Assembly: GCA_964016885.1 (NCBI GenBank) | Contig: OZ024745.1 | Span: 122,636,001 to 122,700,000, forward strand | Length of the DNA: 64,000 bases | Direction of reading: 5' to 3' | Source: Eledone cirrhosa | Taxonomy: Eukaryota | Shown: positions 1 through 13,892 of the stretch, piece after piece | How the letters are laid out: the number at the start of each line of letters is the position of its first letter | How positions within the stretch are numbered: the stretch's first letter is position 1 | Notes under the pieces: model-generated | The model's database searches: none | The model's input: only the letters and a program-made list of their open reading frames with translations | Told to the model about the DNA's origin: nothing | Made by a program: the position numbers and the translations under genes

Positions 1-2844
1 ATCATCACCACCAACATCATCAAACTTCCATTTTCCATGCTTGTATGAGTTAAATGGGTAGTCACACTATGAAACATGTCGTCAGTTCAGAGACCAGCAT
101 GCTCATACAGATCTGCATTTTGGCTTGGTTTCTGTGACACGATGTCCCTTCTAACACCAGCCACGTTACAGTGTGGACTGGGTGCTTTTATTGTGGCACT
201 GAAATGACCACCTAAACATGTTGGACTGGGGGCTTTTTGTCATGTCACCAACATGACCATCTTACAGAGTGGACTGGCGGCTTTTTGTCATGTCAACAAC
301 ACAACCACCTTACAGAGTGGACTGGCGGCTTTTTGTCATCACCAGTATGACCACCTTACAGTATGGACTGGGTACTTTTTGTTGTCACCTGCATGACTAC
401 CTTACAGAATAGACTGGGTCTTTTTTGTCGTGTCACCAACATGACCACCTTACAGTATAGACTGGGTACTTTTGTTGTTGTGGCACCAGATCAACATACA
501 AGGTGAACTTAGTGCTTTTTGTTGTGCCAATATTTCATAAATTCATTACTAGTTAAAATCTACTTAATTTTAAAAGATTTCTTTTTAATATTCCATTGGA
601 AATATTTTGATTAACTTCTAATAGACAATAAGGCTAAGTCAAATTTTGGCAGAATCAGTAGAAAAAAACATAAGCCTTTAAACCATTGAGAACTCCACTT
701 GGTTGACAAGATTATGAAATTGTATATAACAAAAAGAAAATGCTTTGTAATAAATATACAAAAGAAACTTAGAAATCTTATCAATCTCTGATAGCTTATT
801 TATAAGTCACACAAAAGAAAAGTGATATAGAAATGATAAATTTGAAAGTGTGCCAAATAATTTTATAGACTTCATATGATACTGAATTCAGGAAATTGTC
901 TGACACTTGACCTTTTTAGCTTTTAACAGTATATTTTTTATAGTCTATTCATGCTACAATATATTTTGGCAACTTTATATCGAAGCCTTGACTAATGGGA
1001 ATCATTGCTACAGTTATCTTCCAGTTCAGTTTTGGTTTTATTATTTTACCTTGACATAAAAGTAAACTTTCATTTAAATAGTCATCCACAGCTAATAAAT
1101 AAGATCTACTGTTATCCTTAGTTGTACAAAGACAATGTTTTTTTTTTATTTTTTTAAAAATAATTTAGTCAGAGGAGGAAGTATAATGCTCCTGACCTTT
1201 TGAATAACCTCCAAGACTAGGAGCAAGTGAGGGTGTTATCTTTAAGCTAAAGACCTAATCTGAATCTTAAAACAGAGTAAGCTCTCCTTATCCCTCTAGC
1301 ATTTACATTACTCTATATTTACTATTATACTTTCATGGTAAAGGCTTTATCTTGCATAATTATCTCACATAATATTGAATCTATGAGAGTTTTGATATTA
1401 TTTATTTTGAGAACAATACCTTAACATCAGTATGAATGACCAGTTACAGCCAGTTTGAACAGAAAGTGGTGAGAGAATTCTGGCCAGATGTGACTGGTTT
1501 AAATGCTAAAGGGTTAATGTGTTTTCCTAAAGTGATTAATAAATGAACTGCCATTGGTTTGGGTGATGAATGTTCCAGTTCTTTAATCAACAGAATTGAA
1601 CTACTCAGTATTCCACAGACACATGTGCCATTAATTTAATCCTTAGGAAAATACAGTATTGCTCCTTTTACGGTGCCACTCTGTCATTCCACTATATACT
1701 CACACCTCTCCTCCTATACTGTCCCTCTTTGCTCTGCAGAGGACACAACAAATACCTTAGTGTCATGATAAAATGCATCAAGTTCACTTTACTAAGTGTT
1801 AGTGCTGGGGCCATGATAATATACACCCAGAAAATACTGTAAAATAGTAGTGTTGGATCAGGATCAAAATGCCCCCAGTACACTTTTTAAAGTGGTAGAT
1901 TTGGCTCCCCAATAAAATATTCCTAATAAACTCTGTAAAGTGGTTAGCACAGCCATAGAAATCCTGCCATATTGGAATGCTTGAACAAGGTGTGATCCTT
2001 AGACCAATCTAGTCTCAAATTGTAACAACCCATCCAACCTATGTCAACATGGAAAATGGACATAAAATGATGATGATGATGATGATAATCCAGCATAACA
2101 CAGTGTGTGACATGGCTGTCCATTAAATTACAGGTACTGTCCATTTGATAGGTTTCTAAGCAATTTCTATTTACCCAATTTCACTAACAAGGTTTGGGTA
2201 CACCTAAGGAGGCTATGGTAAAATAAAAAAACACTAACACAGTGAGATCGATTCCAGAACCTCATCATTGTGAAATAAATCTTTTAACCATTCAGCCACT
2301 GTGTATATATTATTAATAAGATAAAAGGGTCTTTGGAGTAATGTTTCTGCTGGACAGATCTGTAGCTTGAAGATCAGAGAGTCACTCCAGGTAGAGTTGC
2401 TACTTCTCTGAATTGAGAGATCACAGCTACGATACTTTGGGCATGTGGTTAGAATGTTTCAGGAAAGAATTGCTCGACAGATTTTACAGGCGAAACCAAC
2501 AGGTACGATACCCAGGGGTTGACCCTGAGAAAGATGGTTGGATAACATCCATGAGCTTGGCTGATCATGCTTGGGGATCCACCTGGATTAGTTGGAGACA
2601 GTTGCTTCTGACAGGACTATCTGGAGGGAGTGGTTGAGGACTCTGCCCCCACAACCCTCCCAGGAATAAGTGGGTGAAGAAGAAGAAGCTAAAAGCTAAC
2701 AAGAATTTGAGTATAACCTCTATGTCTTAGACCAGTTTTTCCTATTTTCTTGATCTACAAATGTCCTTTTGTGACCATATTTCTAACAAGAATAAATTGT
2801 CTTTGTTTTATTTTTTTCTTAATTATCAAAATAATCGAGAATTA

Positions 2845-3031
2845 CAGTGAAATTCCGTTGTAATGAAATTGATGGGGTATAAAAAATATTTGTTGTAACG
2901 AAAAATTCTTTATAACGAGATTGACCAAAACAAATCAAGCGTTTGTTTTGTTATTACCCCAGGGAATGAAAACATTTCGTTATACTGCAAAATTCGTTAT
3001 AATGGTATTTGTTATAACAGAATTTTACCTG
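2845..3031. mobile_element. Tc1/pogo(Tigger)-like MITE
   Basis: TA|CAGTGAAATTCCGTTGTAA...TTATAACAGAATTTTACCTG|TA imperfect TIRs, with internal TTCGTTATA repeats. Confidence 0.65.
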
Positions 3032-4221
3032 TATAAGAGGTTTATTGAAGTAAATAACTTTTAATTTTATAATAAAAGGAATGTGATGAATGGAGAAATA
3101 CTGAAAAGGATCTATCCAACCCATACAAGTGTGGAAAAAAGGATGTAAAAATGATAATAAAGATGATGATGAATTAAAGACAAATCTTATAATAATAAGA
3201 TTTCAGCATAAGATTTGGATTTAAATTTCAATAAAGGCGATTTTTAATTAGATTGGTGTTTAAAGGGCCAACTGTTAACTCTCTGTAATGGTTTTGAAGA
3301 AAATATTTAAAAATAGCTTTGTTAATTGAAATGTTTATAATACTAGGAATTTTCAACTCACTTATGCGTATATGTATATGTGTATACATGTGTGTATGTG
3401 CATATACATACATTTATATGTATGAGTGTATAAATATAAGCGCGCAAACACAGACACACCTACAAAGATACACACTCACGGACATACAGCCACACAAACA
3501 CATACATACATTCACACAAACACACACATACATTTACACAAACACACACATACATGAACACAAACACACACATACATTTACACAAACACACACATACATG
3601 AACACAAACACACACATACATTTACACAAACACACACATACATTTACACAAACACACACATACATTTACACAAACAAACACATACATGAACACAAACACG
3701 CGCATACATTCACACAAACACACACATACATTTACACAAACACACACATACACATACACACAGCATAGTTTTTTCACCATCCCCTTCCTTTTTTTACACA
3801 CACATACACACACATTCACACAGGCAACAGATTTAAAGAGAGAGGAGTAGTATGAGGTAGTCAAACTACTCCTCTCTCTTTACATGTTGTGACAGAGTCG
3901 CAGAAATGTATATATAGATGAGATAGATGTCAAAATATTTATCGTACTTGAATATTTAGACACCCCAAAGTAATGAAAATAAAATAAATCTATTTATTTC
4001 ATGATTTAGTTGCTAAACACACGATCCCAAAACAAGATTATCCAGAAACGCAGAAATTTATCTATAGGTCATTGTGAAAATTTGTAATATTTGTAATCAG
4101 GACTTTAACTTGTTAATGTGATGTAGTCATAATTCTCTTTTATACTTTTTAAAGAATGTCTTTGTTAATGCGACTTCATGTGATACAGGACATTGAGAGT
4201 TAAAGATAAAATGTTACTTAC

Positions 4222-4339
4222 CTTGCCGGATAAATGTTTGATTGACGTCTAACAAAATATCACATCCTTCAATTATCATCCGTTCGACAGCTAAATTTTT
4301 ACGTATATTTTCTGTTTCACTTACTTCATCATGCATTAT
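4222..4339 (-). CDS. RASGRF: Ras-GRF DH end/PH2 start exon: [39 protein letters not shown](G)
   Basis: ctttcag acceptor, gtaagt donor; 118 nt, phase 0/1. Nearly identical to Ras[39 protein letters not shown]. No further exon was found in 1-4221, so the gene presumably continues beyond the window. Confidence 0.96.
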
Positions 4340-4482
4340 CTGAAAGAAAATAAAAATAAAAGTGAAAATAAAAAAAAAAAAATGAGTATGAAATATATAT
4401 TTACCAATTGTTTCCTTTCCTGAGTATCGTACTGTTCAATTTTAAACAACTATTTCTGTGGTTCTTGTTTAACCTCTCCAGT

Positions 4483-4707
4483 CCCACAGACGAGATAACT
4501 CGTCCTAAAATGTCTGCATTCCAGTGCCACAGACAAGATAACTTGTCCTAACATGTCTGCATTCCAGTGCCACAGACGAGATAACTCATCCTAACATGTT
4601 TGAACTCTTTTCCAACAGTTCATAACTTCAAAGTTATGAAATCATTTCCAACAGTTCATAACTTCAAAGTTATGAAATCATTTCCAACAGTTCATAACTT
4701 CAAAGCT
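4483..4707. repeat. Two short tandem arrays (~43 bp x3 and 36 bp x~3) just upstream of the exon 4222-4339 acceptor
   Basis: CCACAGACGAGATAACTCGTCCTAA.ATGTCTGCATTCCAGTG x3, then TTCCAACAGTTCATAACTTCAAAGTTATGAAATCAT x~3, which contains the hairpin TTCATAACT/AGTTATGAA. Confidence 0.85.
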
Positions 4708-6847
4708 AGATGGAGTTACTAGTTTATTGATGTGATGTTTGTCAATCATTCAGATATGTGTTGTTAATAAATGTTTGTTTAAAAAAATAGTCATTTTACT
4801 GAAAAAAAAACCCAGCACAGCAACTGTAGCTGTGTAAAATATATGTGGCGGTCAACAGATTAAAAGAATTTTTGAAGACTATTTCACATATAAGCATGGA
4901 ACAAACTACCTGCATCAGTTGTTAGCTGTCGGGACACTGCATCCTTCAAAACTTCCATACTTCCTGAAATCTGCCAACACTACACCTGATATTCCCCCTC
5001 CATACACATACACGCATGTGTGTGTGTGTATGTGTCTGTGTGTATATCGTGACTCATACACTGTTCACTTTCCTGACATTTGTACATTATTCTATGTACT
5101 ATACATGCACCTTTGATGAGTTGTAGTGCACCTGAGCACTGTACACAATAATTTTCATTATTCATTATTATTCAAGAAGCCTAGGGCAGTGGATTGGCAG
5201 AATCGGTAGAGCATCAGACACAATGCTTTGTAGCATAGAGTTACGTCTCTTTACATTCTGAGTTCAAACCCTGCCAAAGTTGGGCTTTGTCTTTCATCCT
5301 TATGGGGTTGATAAAATAAAGTACCAGTAATGTGCTGGGGTCGATTTAATCCACTTTCCCCTCCCCTTCAAATTGATGGTCTTGTGCCTAAAGTAGAAAC
5401 AATTATTCAAGAAGCTTATTATTAGATTTTTAGTATATTTGTAAAACCAAAATTCTACCCCGCTAAAGTAGGTTTTTGATTATTATAATTATTGTTGTTA
5501 CCATTATTAGAGCAGGAAACTAAATGCCATGAATTGACAGAATCATTAGGATGTCCAGTAAAATGCTGTGGATTGGCAGAATCATTCATGCAGGCAGCAG
5601 ATGTAAAAAGAGAGGAGTAGTATGAGGTAATCAAACTACTCCTCTCTCTTTACATGTTGTGACAGAATCGCAGACATTTTTATATAGATTAACCCTTTAG
5701 TGTTCAAACCGGCCAAAACCAGCCTGAATTCTCTACCTCTTTCTGTTGAAACTGGCTGTAACTGGTTGCTCAAACTGATGTTAAGGTATTGTTCTCAAAA
5801 TAAATACTTTCAAAACCTCATAGATTCGATATTATGTGAGATAATTATGTGAGATAATTATGTGAAGTAAAGGCTTTACCACGAAAATATAATAGTATAC
5901 ATAAAATAATGTGGATGCTAAGGGGTTAAGTGCATAAACAATCAAGAATGTTTTGCTAATGCTGTTTCGTGTGATACAGGACGTTAAAAGTCAATTACAA
6001 TGCTGGAAAGTTTCCATACTCAAATGAAATACATGTTCATACTTTGACTTCAGAACAAAGGTATTCCTAGTTGTATATAAAATCTTCCTTTTGGTTATAA
6101 CTTAAAAAAAATAAAATAAAATAAACATATCTCTATATCAATTACTAATAGCGGTAAGTTTTCAGGGTTAGTTACAAGGGAGATAACTCATGTAAATCTA
6201 ATTATTTTTGTTTTTTATTAATGATACACAAGAACGGCGAATTGCCAGAGTCGTTACAACATCGGATAGAATGCTTTATGGTACTTGTTCCGGCTCGCTG
6301 CTCTCTGAGTTCAAATCCTGCCGAGGTTAACTTTGCCTTTCATTCTTTTGAGGTCGATAAGAAAAGTACCAGTCTAGTACTGGGGTAGATTCTTCCTCTC
6401 TCTGGAAGAAATCTGCTGTACTCAGACCTGGAGAAGGATGGGCTCTGTCAGGCTTAAAATGCTCAAGAAACACCGTATGTCAAATCGGCGCTCCTATGAC
6501 TCTACCTCTTTCTGTTCAAACCAGCCATAACTAGCCACTCATACTGATGTTCAGATATTGTTCTCAAAATAAATAATATCAAAATCTCATAGATTCAATA
6601 TTATTTGAGATAATTATGTGAGGTAAAGCCTCTACTGTGAAAATACAATAGTAAATATAGAGTAATGTAAATGCTAAAGGGTTAAAGTATTGTTTTCAAA
6701 ATAAATGGCATCAAAATTTCGTAGATTCGTTATTATGTGATATAATTGTGTAAGATAAAGCCTTTACCACGAAAATACAATAGTAAATATGGAGTAATGT
6801 AAATAGTAAAGGATTCAGATGGTAGATTGAAGAAAATGTAAACTCAC

Positions 6848-6958
6848 GCGTGATAACTCTTCTAGTTTACTTTGGGCATACTCTAACTTCTCTCTCTCCA
6901 CATGGTCATGAGGAGTGTGTGCCAAAAGTTCGTGAAGAGTAATTATATACCTAGGGAT
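6848..6958 (-). CDS. RASGRF: Ras-GRF DH exon: [37 protein letters not shown]
   Basis: atttcag acceptor, gtgagt donor; 111 nt, phase 0/0. Matches Ras[38 protein letters not shown]. Confidence 0.96.
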
Positions 6959-7830
6959 CTGAAATAAAAATTAAAGAAAAAACCCCCATTAAAATTGAAA
7001 TTTAGCAAAAATAAAATGTAAATAACTCAAATCAAACACAACAAAATAACTAACTGTTATACCAACTTTCATGCTGTAAAATAGAGGGGTAAAGAGGGTC
7101 CCTGAGTCCAGTAAGACAACCTCTCTAGTGCTGGTGGCACAAATAAAATCACCCAGTCTATGCTGTAAAGTGGTGCTGGTGTTAGGAAGGGCATCCAACC
7201 AGTATATATACTACTGCCAAAAACTATGAGCACAACAAATGAGATGATGATGAAGATGATACCTATTGAGTTATTTTTATTGTCTTGGTCACTTAATAGA
7301 TTCATTGAGAAGTTTTTTAGCTAAAGTATCAGAAATAATTAAACATTTCTAAGTCATTGTTATTATTGAAACCATTTATAGAGCAGTGGATTGGCAGTAT
7401 CAGTAGAGGGTCAGACACCATGCTTTGTAGCATAGAGTTACGCTGCTTTACTGTCTGAATTCAAATCCTGCCAAGGTTAACTTTGCCTTTCATCCTTATG
7501 GGGTCGATAAAATAAAGTACCTCTAATGCACTGGGGTAATTGCTGGCCTTGTGCCAAAAGTAGAAACAATTATTGATACTATTTATACTCGAGCTTAGTA
7601 TGAATTTATTTGATGAAATGTTTACTCAGAAGATAATGGAAGTTATACAACACACAGGTGTTAGTTTGGAGAGATTAGTATTCAAATATTTTTGGTGAAG
7701 AAGAAAGGGACTCAGCTGAAGTAGACACTTGCCTCAGTGGTGAAAACATTTGCGAACAAGAACGCTGTATGTCAATACAGCACCCCTATCACTCTATCAG
7801 GTTTTACGGAACCATACAAATGTGTCTATT

Positions 7831-8282
7831 TACGAGGGTGGGCTGAAAAATTCTTAGGCTGACTATGAAGGTGGGATGCTAGTGCTGTGAAATCTTGCAT
7901 GCATTAATTTCAACTCTTCTTATTAATAACTGTATTGTTTCTTTCCAGGTCAAAAGTAACTAGTGGCAACTTCTCTTGAAAATGGACCAAATTTGGCATT
8001 GTGGTGTTATGAAATACCTGCAAAGAAATGGTTTAGCTTCCAAGGTTATTCATGCTGACTTGGTTGCTACATTAGTGGATGACATTCCAGCTTTATCAAC
8101 AGTGCAAATGGGGTCAGCTGAATTTAGGAGGGGAAAGGAGAGTCTTGAAGATGACTCAATGTCTAGATGTCCTGTAACTGCCACCACTGAGGAAAACATT
8201 GATTGTGTTCACCATATGGTGAGGGAAGACAAGCAATTGACTATAAATCAAATAGCCAAGGTTATTAGCATATTCTGTTAAA
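7831..8282 (+). mobile_element. Mariner transposon 5' fragment (TIR plus transposase N-terminal HTH region, truncated)
   Basis: TA-CGAGGGTGGGCTGAAAA terminus. ORF 7976-8281 (IHADLVATL..PALSTVQ...EFRRGKESLEDD...P.TATTEENI..VH.MV.ED..LTI..IA) resembles the Himar/Hsmar-type DNA-binding domain; no DD34D domain. Confidence 0.85.
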
Positions 8283-8393
8283 GAGTTAATAAAACAAATC
8301 AGGGATCATATTATGTAGGAATTAGATTTATATAGTAATAGACTTATACAAGAAATTGTAGCCAGCAATTACTCCAGTGCATTTTCCTTCATC

Positions 8394-8449
<56 letters not shown>

Positions 8450-8918
8450 ATAATAATAAATGTGAGGACTAAAATCCAAAGAGGCCTCGATAAGGATAAA
8501 TATATATCAAATATATAAGAACTCTAGAGCAAGTATTTATTAAAATAACAGATTAAAGCTTAAGCAAAGAATTGCTGCTTTCACCCTTAACGGAAATCTT
8601 CTGAAACTAAAAAAATCAATCTGTGAACGCAGAAGTAAATATATATATATATATGAGAGCGTGCCACAGCAAAAAAGCACCCAGCCCACACTGTAAAGTA
8701 GACGTGTAGGCGCCACGGTAAAAAGCACCCAGCACTCACTGTAAATGAGGTTGGTGTTAGGAAGGGCATCCAGCTGTAGAAATCAAGCCAGAATCAGTTC
8801 CCGTATGAGCAAGACAAGGTCAGCCGACCGGACACTGCTCACAACAGGACAACCCGTCTAAGCCATGCTAGAGTGGAAGAACGGACTTAAAACGATGATG
8901 ATGATGATGATGATATAT

Positions 8919-9010
<92 letters not shown>

Positions 9011-9228
9011 CTTCTGTGTGTGTATACATAAATATACATAACGTGTGTGTATATAAATATATATAAATTCTATGGGTGTATATTAATCTTTAACATGCTG
9101 TTGGCGACATAATGCACCATAGAGTAATCTCCCCTTAATACTTAATGCAGGGGAAACAACTCATAAAAATTATTAGCGCATTAAAGATCAATATATATAT
9201 AACTTGTCCGTGAGTATATATATATATA

Positions 9229-9329
<101 letters not shown>

Positions 9330-9515
9330 AACAAGTATGACCCCGACGGCAGAGCTCAAGTCCTGAAATAGCCGTCGAAACGGCTTGAGCTCTGCCGTCG
9401 GGGTCTTACTTGTTCCTATTACCCACTCTACTACACTATTACCTACTCTACTACACTAAGTATTGAGTGCTTTGGTGCGTGATGGTCCATCTGGTTCCTT
9501 ACCACAATTCTTTCG

Positions 9516-9551
<36 letters not shown>

Positions 9552-9614
9552 AACAGAACTTAAAACGATAAGTTCTTGTTTTTCGATATGTCACTATCTA
9601 TAAAACAACTTTTG

Positions 9615-9675
9615 TATTTTATCTGATGAGAGCGTACCAAAATTTTGGTACCCTTGAAATATATATAATAAAATA
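9615..9675 (+). ncRNA. Type-I hammerhead ribozyme motif (Penelope/retrozyme-type, minimal stem III)
   Basis: Stem I TATTTTAT/ATAAAATA; core CTGATGA (9623-9629); stem II GAG.GTACCAA../..TTGGTAC.CTT; GAAA (9656-9659); stem III T-ATAT-A; AUA triplet with predicted cleavage after 9667. Distal stem-I helix ACTATC-TATAAAAC/GTTTTATA-A-GATAGT (9593-9696). Confidence 0.8.
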
Positions 9676-9716
9676 AATATGGTTTTATAAAGATAGTTTC
9701 CATTTATTAATATTAT

Positions 9717-9772
<56 letters not shown>

Positions 9773-11179
9773 CTTATGTGTGTGTATATAAATATATATA
9801 TATATATAACCTCTGTATGAGTATATATAAATATATATTACTTCTCTGTGTGTATATAACTATATATACACATAACTCTAAATGAGTATATATAAATATA
9901 TATATATATATAACTTCTGTGTTTGTATGCTTATATATATATATAAACTATAATAAAGTAAGGAGCGCGGGACTGCGTACGGTTTATAATTTTTTATCCC
10001 GTTAGTAAAATAAGTTGGATTACTTTGAATAAATAATGAATGAATATTACATAATTTATCCACTAAATTTCGTGGCTGTTCATTAAATATATTTTATTAC
10101 TTATTTAAAGATTCACTTCTTTAAAATGTTCAAATGTCAACATTTCCGGTTAGCGATCCCTTAAATATTCATATATTTCTGTCACTAATTTTCTCCTAAT
10201 GCAGTTTCTATATATACTCGTCTTTTTTTAATGTATCATGGATTACGTTACTGATTACATAAGACAGTGTAACGCAGACTTCGTTCAATTTCTGTGTATA
10301 TTGTCAATAACGATTTATTTGATATATCATATCTACATGTATATATACCTGCGTATAATATCAATATACACACTACACATGCTAGCAGAAAACCACACGA
10401 AGGGTGGTTTTTCTGCTAAATATATATAACTACTGTGTGAGTATACATAAATATACATAAAGTCTGTGTGTGTATGCATAAATATATATAAATATATATA
10501 ACTTCTCTGTGTGTATATATATATATATATTTTACTCTTTTACCTGTTCCAGCTATCCGACTGAGCCCATGCTGGGGTATATATATATATATAACATATA
10601 AATAAAACATTTCAAATGTCATACTGAAACTTGGTAATTGTATCTATATAAACCGTGGAATTTCTATATGGCCATCTAGAATAGGTTTAAGACCTTAAAG
10701 TTGTAATTTATGTCGTGGAAGTGTCATTTTGGCTATTAAAAACACACCACACAACTGTTGTCCTAAATTCTCATATACTAACATGTTTTCTATATGCTGT
10801 CACATAGGTGTATATGTGTGTGCATGTGTGTATGTGCATATGTATACATTTATAAACGCGCAAACACAGACACACTTACAAAAATACACACTCACATACA
10901 TTCACACAAACACACACATACACTCATATACAGTATACTCCCCCCTCCTTTTACACACACATACATTCATGCAGGCATCAGACGTTAAAGGTAGAGAAGT
11001 AGTATGAGGTAGTCAAACTACCCCTCTCTCTTTACGTGTTGTGACAGAATCGCAGAAATTTATATATAGATTTCGTGATGTCAAAATATTTATCGTACTT
11101 GAATATTTAGACATCCCAAAGTAATAAAAAAAGAATAAATTTATTTATTTGATTGGCTTTTCCACGACTTAGTTGCTTC

Positions 11180-11600
11180 AACACTAAACACACGATCCCA
11201 AAACAAGATTATCCAGAAGTGATGGGAAGAGACCAGACGACTTTACCCTTTGTTCCTCGGTAAGAGGTAGGTATTTCATCTGTGGCGCCAGAGTCAGTGA
11301 CTCTTTTGCTCCCTCCAACATCATGGACACCGTGGTAAATGTGGGGGTCACTGCTTCAGTTGCTGAGCGGAATAAAATTCGTAAATACCAGGATCTATCT
11401 ACCAATTATTCTTTTCAGACTGTAACGTTCGAGACGTTTGGTGGAGTTGGGCCACTGATAACGAAGTTCTTGTCATTACAGGCGGCTCACCTCACTGAGC
11501 TGTCAGGTGATACCTGTGAGGGTGCCTGGTTGTTTCAGTGCCTTAGCCAGGCCATCACCCGAGGCAATACGGTGAGCATATTGGCTTGCCTCAAAGTGTG
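11180..11600 (+). mobile_element. RLE-type non-LTR retrotransposon (CRE-like) 3' fragment
   Basis: DGKRPD...D.FAPS...A..AE.NK.RKY.DL...Y.F....FETFG..GP...LFQ.LS.AI.RGN..SIL restriction-like endonuclease signature. Related fragments at about 12335-12520 and 55515-55570. Confidence 0.85.
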
Positions 11601-12853
11601 TAGTTATCTCCTAAGATGTGATGTGAGATCGATTGTCGTACTTGGTGGTGAATTGATGTTTGTTTTTGTTTTTGCTTCTCTACACCCTCTTATTTATTCT
11701 TTATTTCTCTCTTTCATGTATTTATATTTGTGTTTATAAACGACATTATAGTTATAGTTTACTTGAAGCATTGTATATGATGTATAACATTGAAAGAGAT
11801 AGAAGGCTAAACAATGCAAAATGGACTGTAAGATGAGGTACCGAAAAGTAAGTTACCTGGTAATCTTTGTTTTGTTGTTGTTGTTATTTTTTCTGTCCAA
11901 TATTTCGGAACCCAAAAGTCCCTTCTTTGCGTTTAAAGAACTTTCAGTGGATAATGATCCAATTACCTCTCATTGGGATTAAATTTTGATTTAAATTTTT
12001 CTAAGTTGTTTTCAAGCGTTTTTTTTTTACATTATATTTGTAATATTCTTCTGAATGAATTGCAAACAATTTATAATGATATTTACACATTTGTAATATT
12101 ATTTTAATTCAATATATTTCATACGTAAAATCTCGAAGCATGATACTTCAAAATTTCAACAGCTTGCACCAGTATGTTACAAGAACCTCGAGCAATGCTT
12201 TTAAATATTTCTTTTAAAAGGGCAGCAGCTTTGCAACAAATCTCTTCTTAATAAATCTCTTCTTCTCATATAGAACCAATACTAAGGAAATTCATACCAC
12301 ACTCAAAGAAACTTGAGCTAAACTACATTTTTTAGCTTGTGACATTCGAGACTTTTAGAAGAGTCGGGCTAATGACTGCGAGATTCTTATCTTCACTGGC
12401 GGCTCGCCTAACAGAGGTAACTGGTGAAGCTCGTGGGGGCACTTGGCTGTTACAGCGCACCTACCTCACCACCACCCGAGGTAACGCTGCGAGCGTGCTG
12501 GCTTGCCTCAACAATTATTAGAGAGGTTTCCCAGTGCTCCTCGTGATATTTTTATATTTTGCTCTGGTAGCGGCTCGGTTGTCCACCCCTTTCGCCTGCC
12601 TTTTTTTGTATGGGGTCCCAGATGTGTGTATTACCTGCTTATGTGTTTTTTCTCTTTCTTTTTCTCCTGTCCCTTTCCTTTTGTATATATTATATTTATT
12701 TGTATTTTCGTTCTGTGAGCATTATATTATTATATTTTTTTAAACCAACTGTGAATAAAATATTAATTAAAAACACAAAAAGAACAGGCTTATAAACGTA
12801 AGACTTGTGGTGGAATTGTATCAACGAATATGTCGCAAACAGTGTGCCAAGCC

Positions 12854-12931
<78 letters not shown>

Positions 12932-12935
12932 TGTC

Positions 12936-12966
<31 letters not shown>

Positions 12967-13756
12967 ATGTGTGTGTTTTAATAGCTATTCGCTACTTTTT
13001 CGTAATGTAACTGCTTCAATTTCAACACATGGTCTCAAATCAAATTACTTGTCAAAGAAATATAACTCTGTAATTGGAAGTTATTTCCCTTGAATATTTG
13101 ATTTGTCTCCCTTGAATCTGGGTACTTACTGTTGAAATAGGATTTTATGAAATACAAACGATTTCTTTTAAAATCAAACAGTGGCTAGTGTATAAGTTGA
13201 GATTTGGTCTTTTACAAAAAAGAGAGTTAAGAAAATCTATAAATTGAGTTTTGAGGTAGTTTTTGAAAATATTGTGACAATAAAATAATCTGAAATAATT
13301 ACAAGCCCATGCAATGTGTATAAAGAATTAAAAAGTAGTAGTTTATTCAATATTTATAGTCTAAAAAAAGACATTCATTAGTGAACTGCTATGAAATTTG
13401 TTTGAAACTTTTCTGCAATATATTCTCTATCTTTGAAATTCTGAAATCTCACAAGTAGGAGTAGAAGAAGAAAAAAATAAACAGAAAAATATACCATAGC
13501 ATCTATAGTCTACTCCTTCCACTTTTTACAGCTTTTAGGGTGACTTCAACTAAAGCTGAGGGTTTTTTAATCTTTAGAATGCTAGAGACAACAATTTGCA
13601 CCATAGAGTAACCTTCCCTTAATACATAATGTGAAGGGAAACAACTCATACAAATTATTACCGCACTAAAGGAGAACATATATATATATATATATATATA
13701 CACGCATAACTTGTGTGTGAGTATATAAATAAATATAACTTTTCTGTGAGTGTACA

Positions 13757-13821
<65 letters not shown>

Positions 13822-13850
13822 TAGTTGGCAATATATCGTTGGGAGTACGT

Positions 13851-13892
13851 GGCTCTGATGAACGCCAACCATCGTGAAACAGACTTCCAGCG
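13851..13892 (+). ncRNA. Degenerate hammerhead-like motif
   Basis: GGCT CTGATGA ACG-CCAACCAT-CGT GAAA CAGACTTCCAGC: core and stem II are present, stem III and stem I register are imperfect. It sits in a (TA)n-flanked element with inverted ends. Confidence 0.4.

Noticed and set aside
3853-3861. TGAGGTAGT (let-7 5' end) inside a hairpin
   Set aside because: The match stops after 9 nt, lies in the loop rather than the arm, and belongs to a repeated element.
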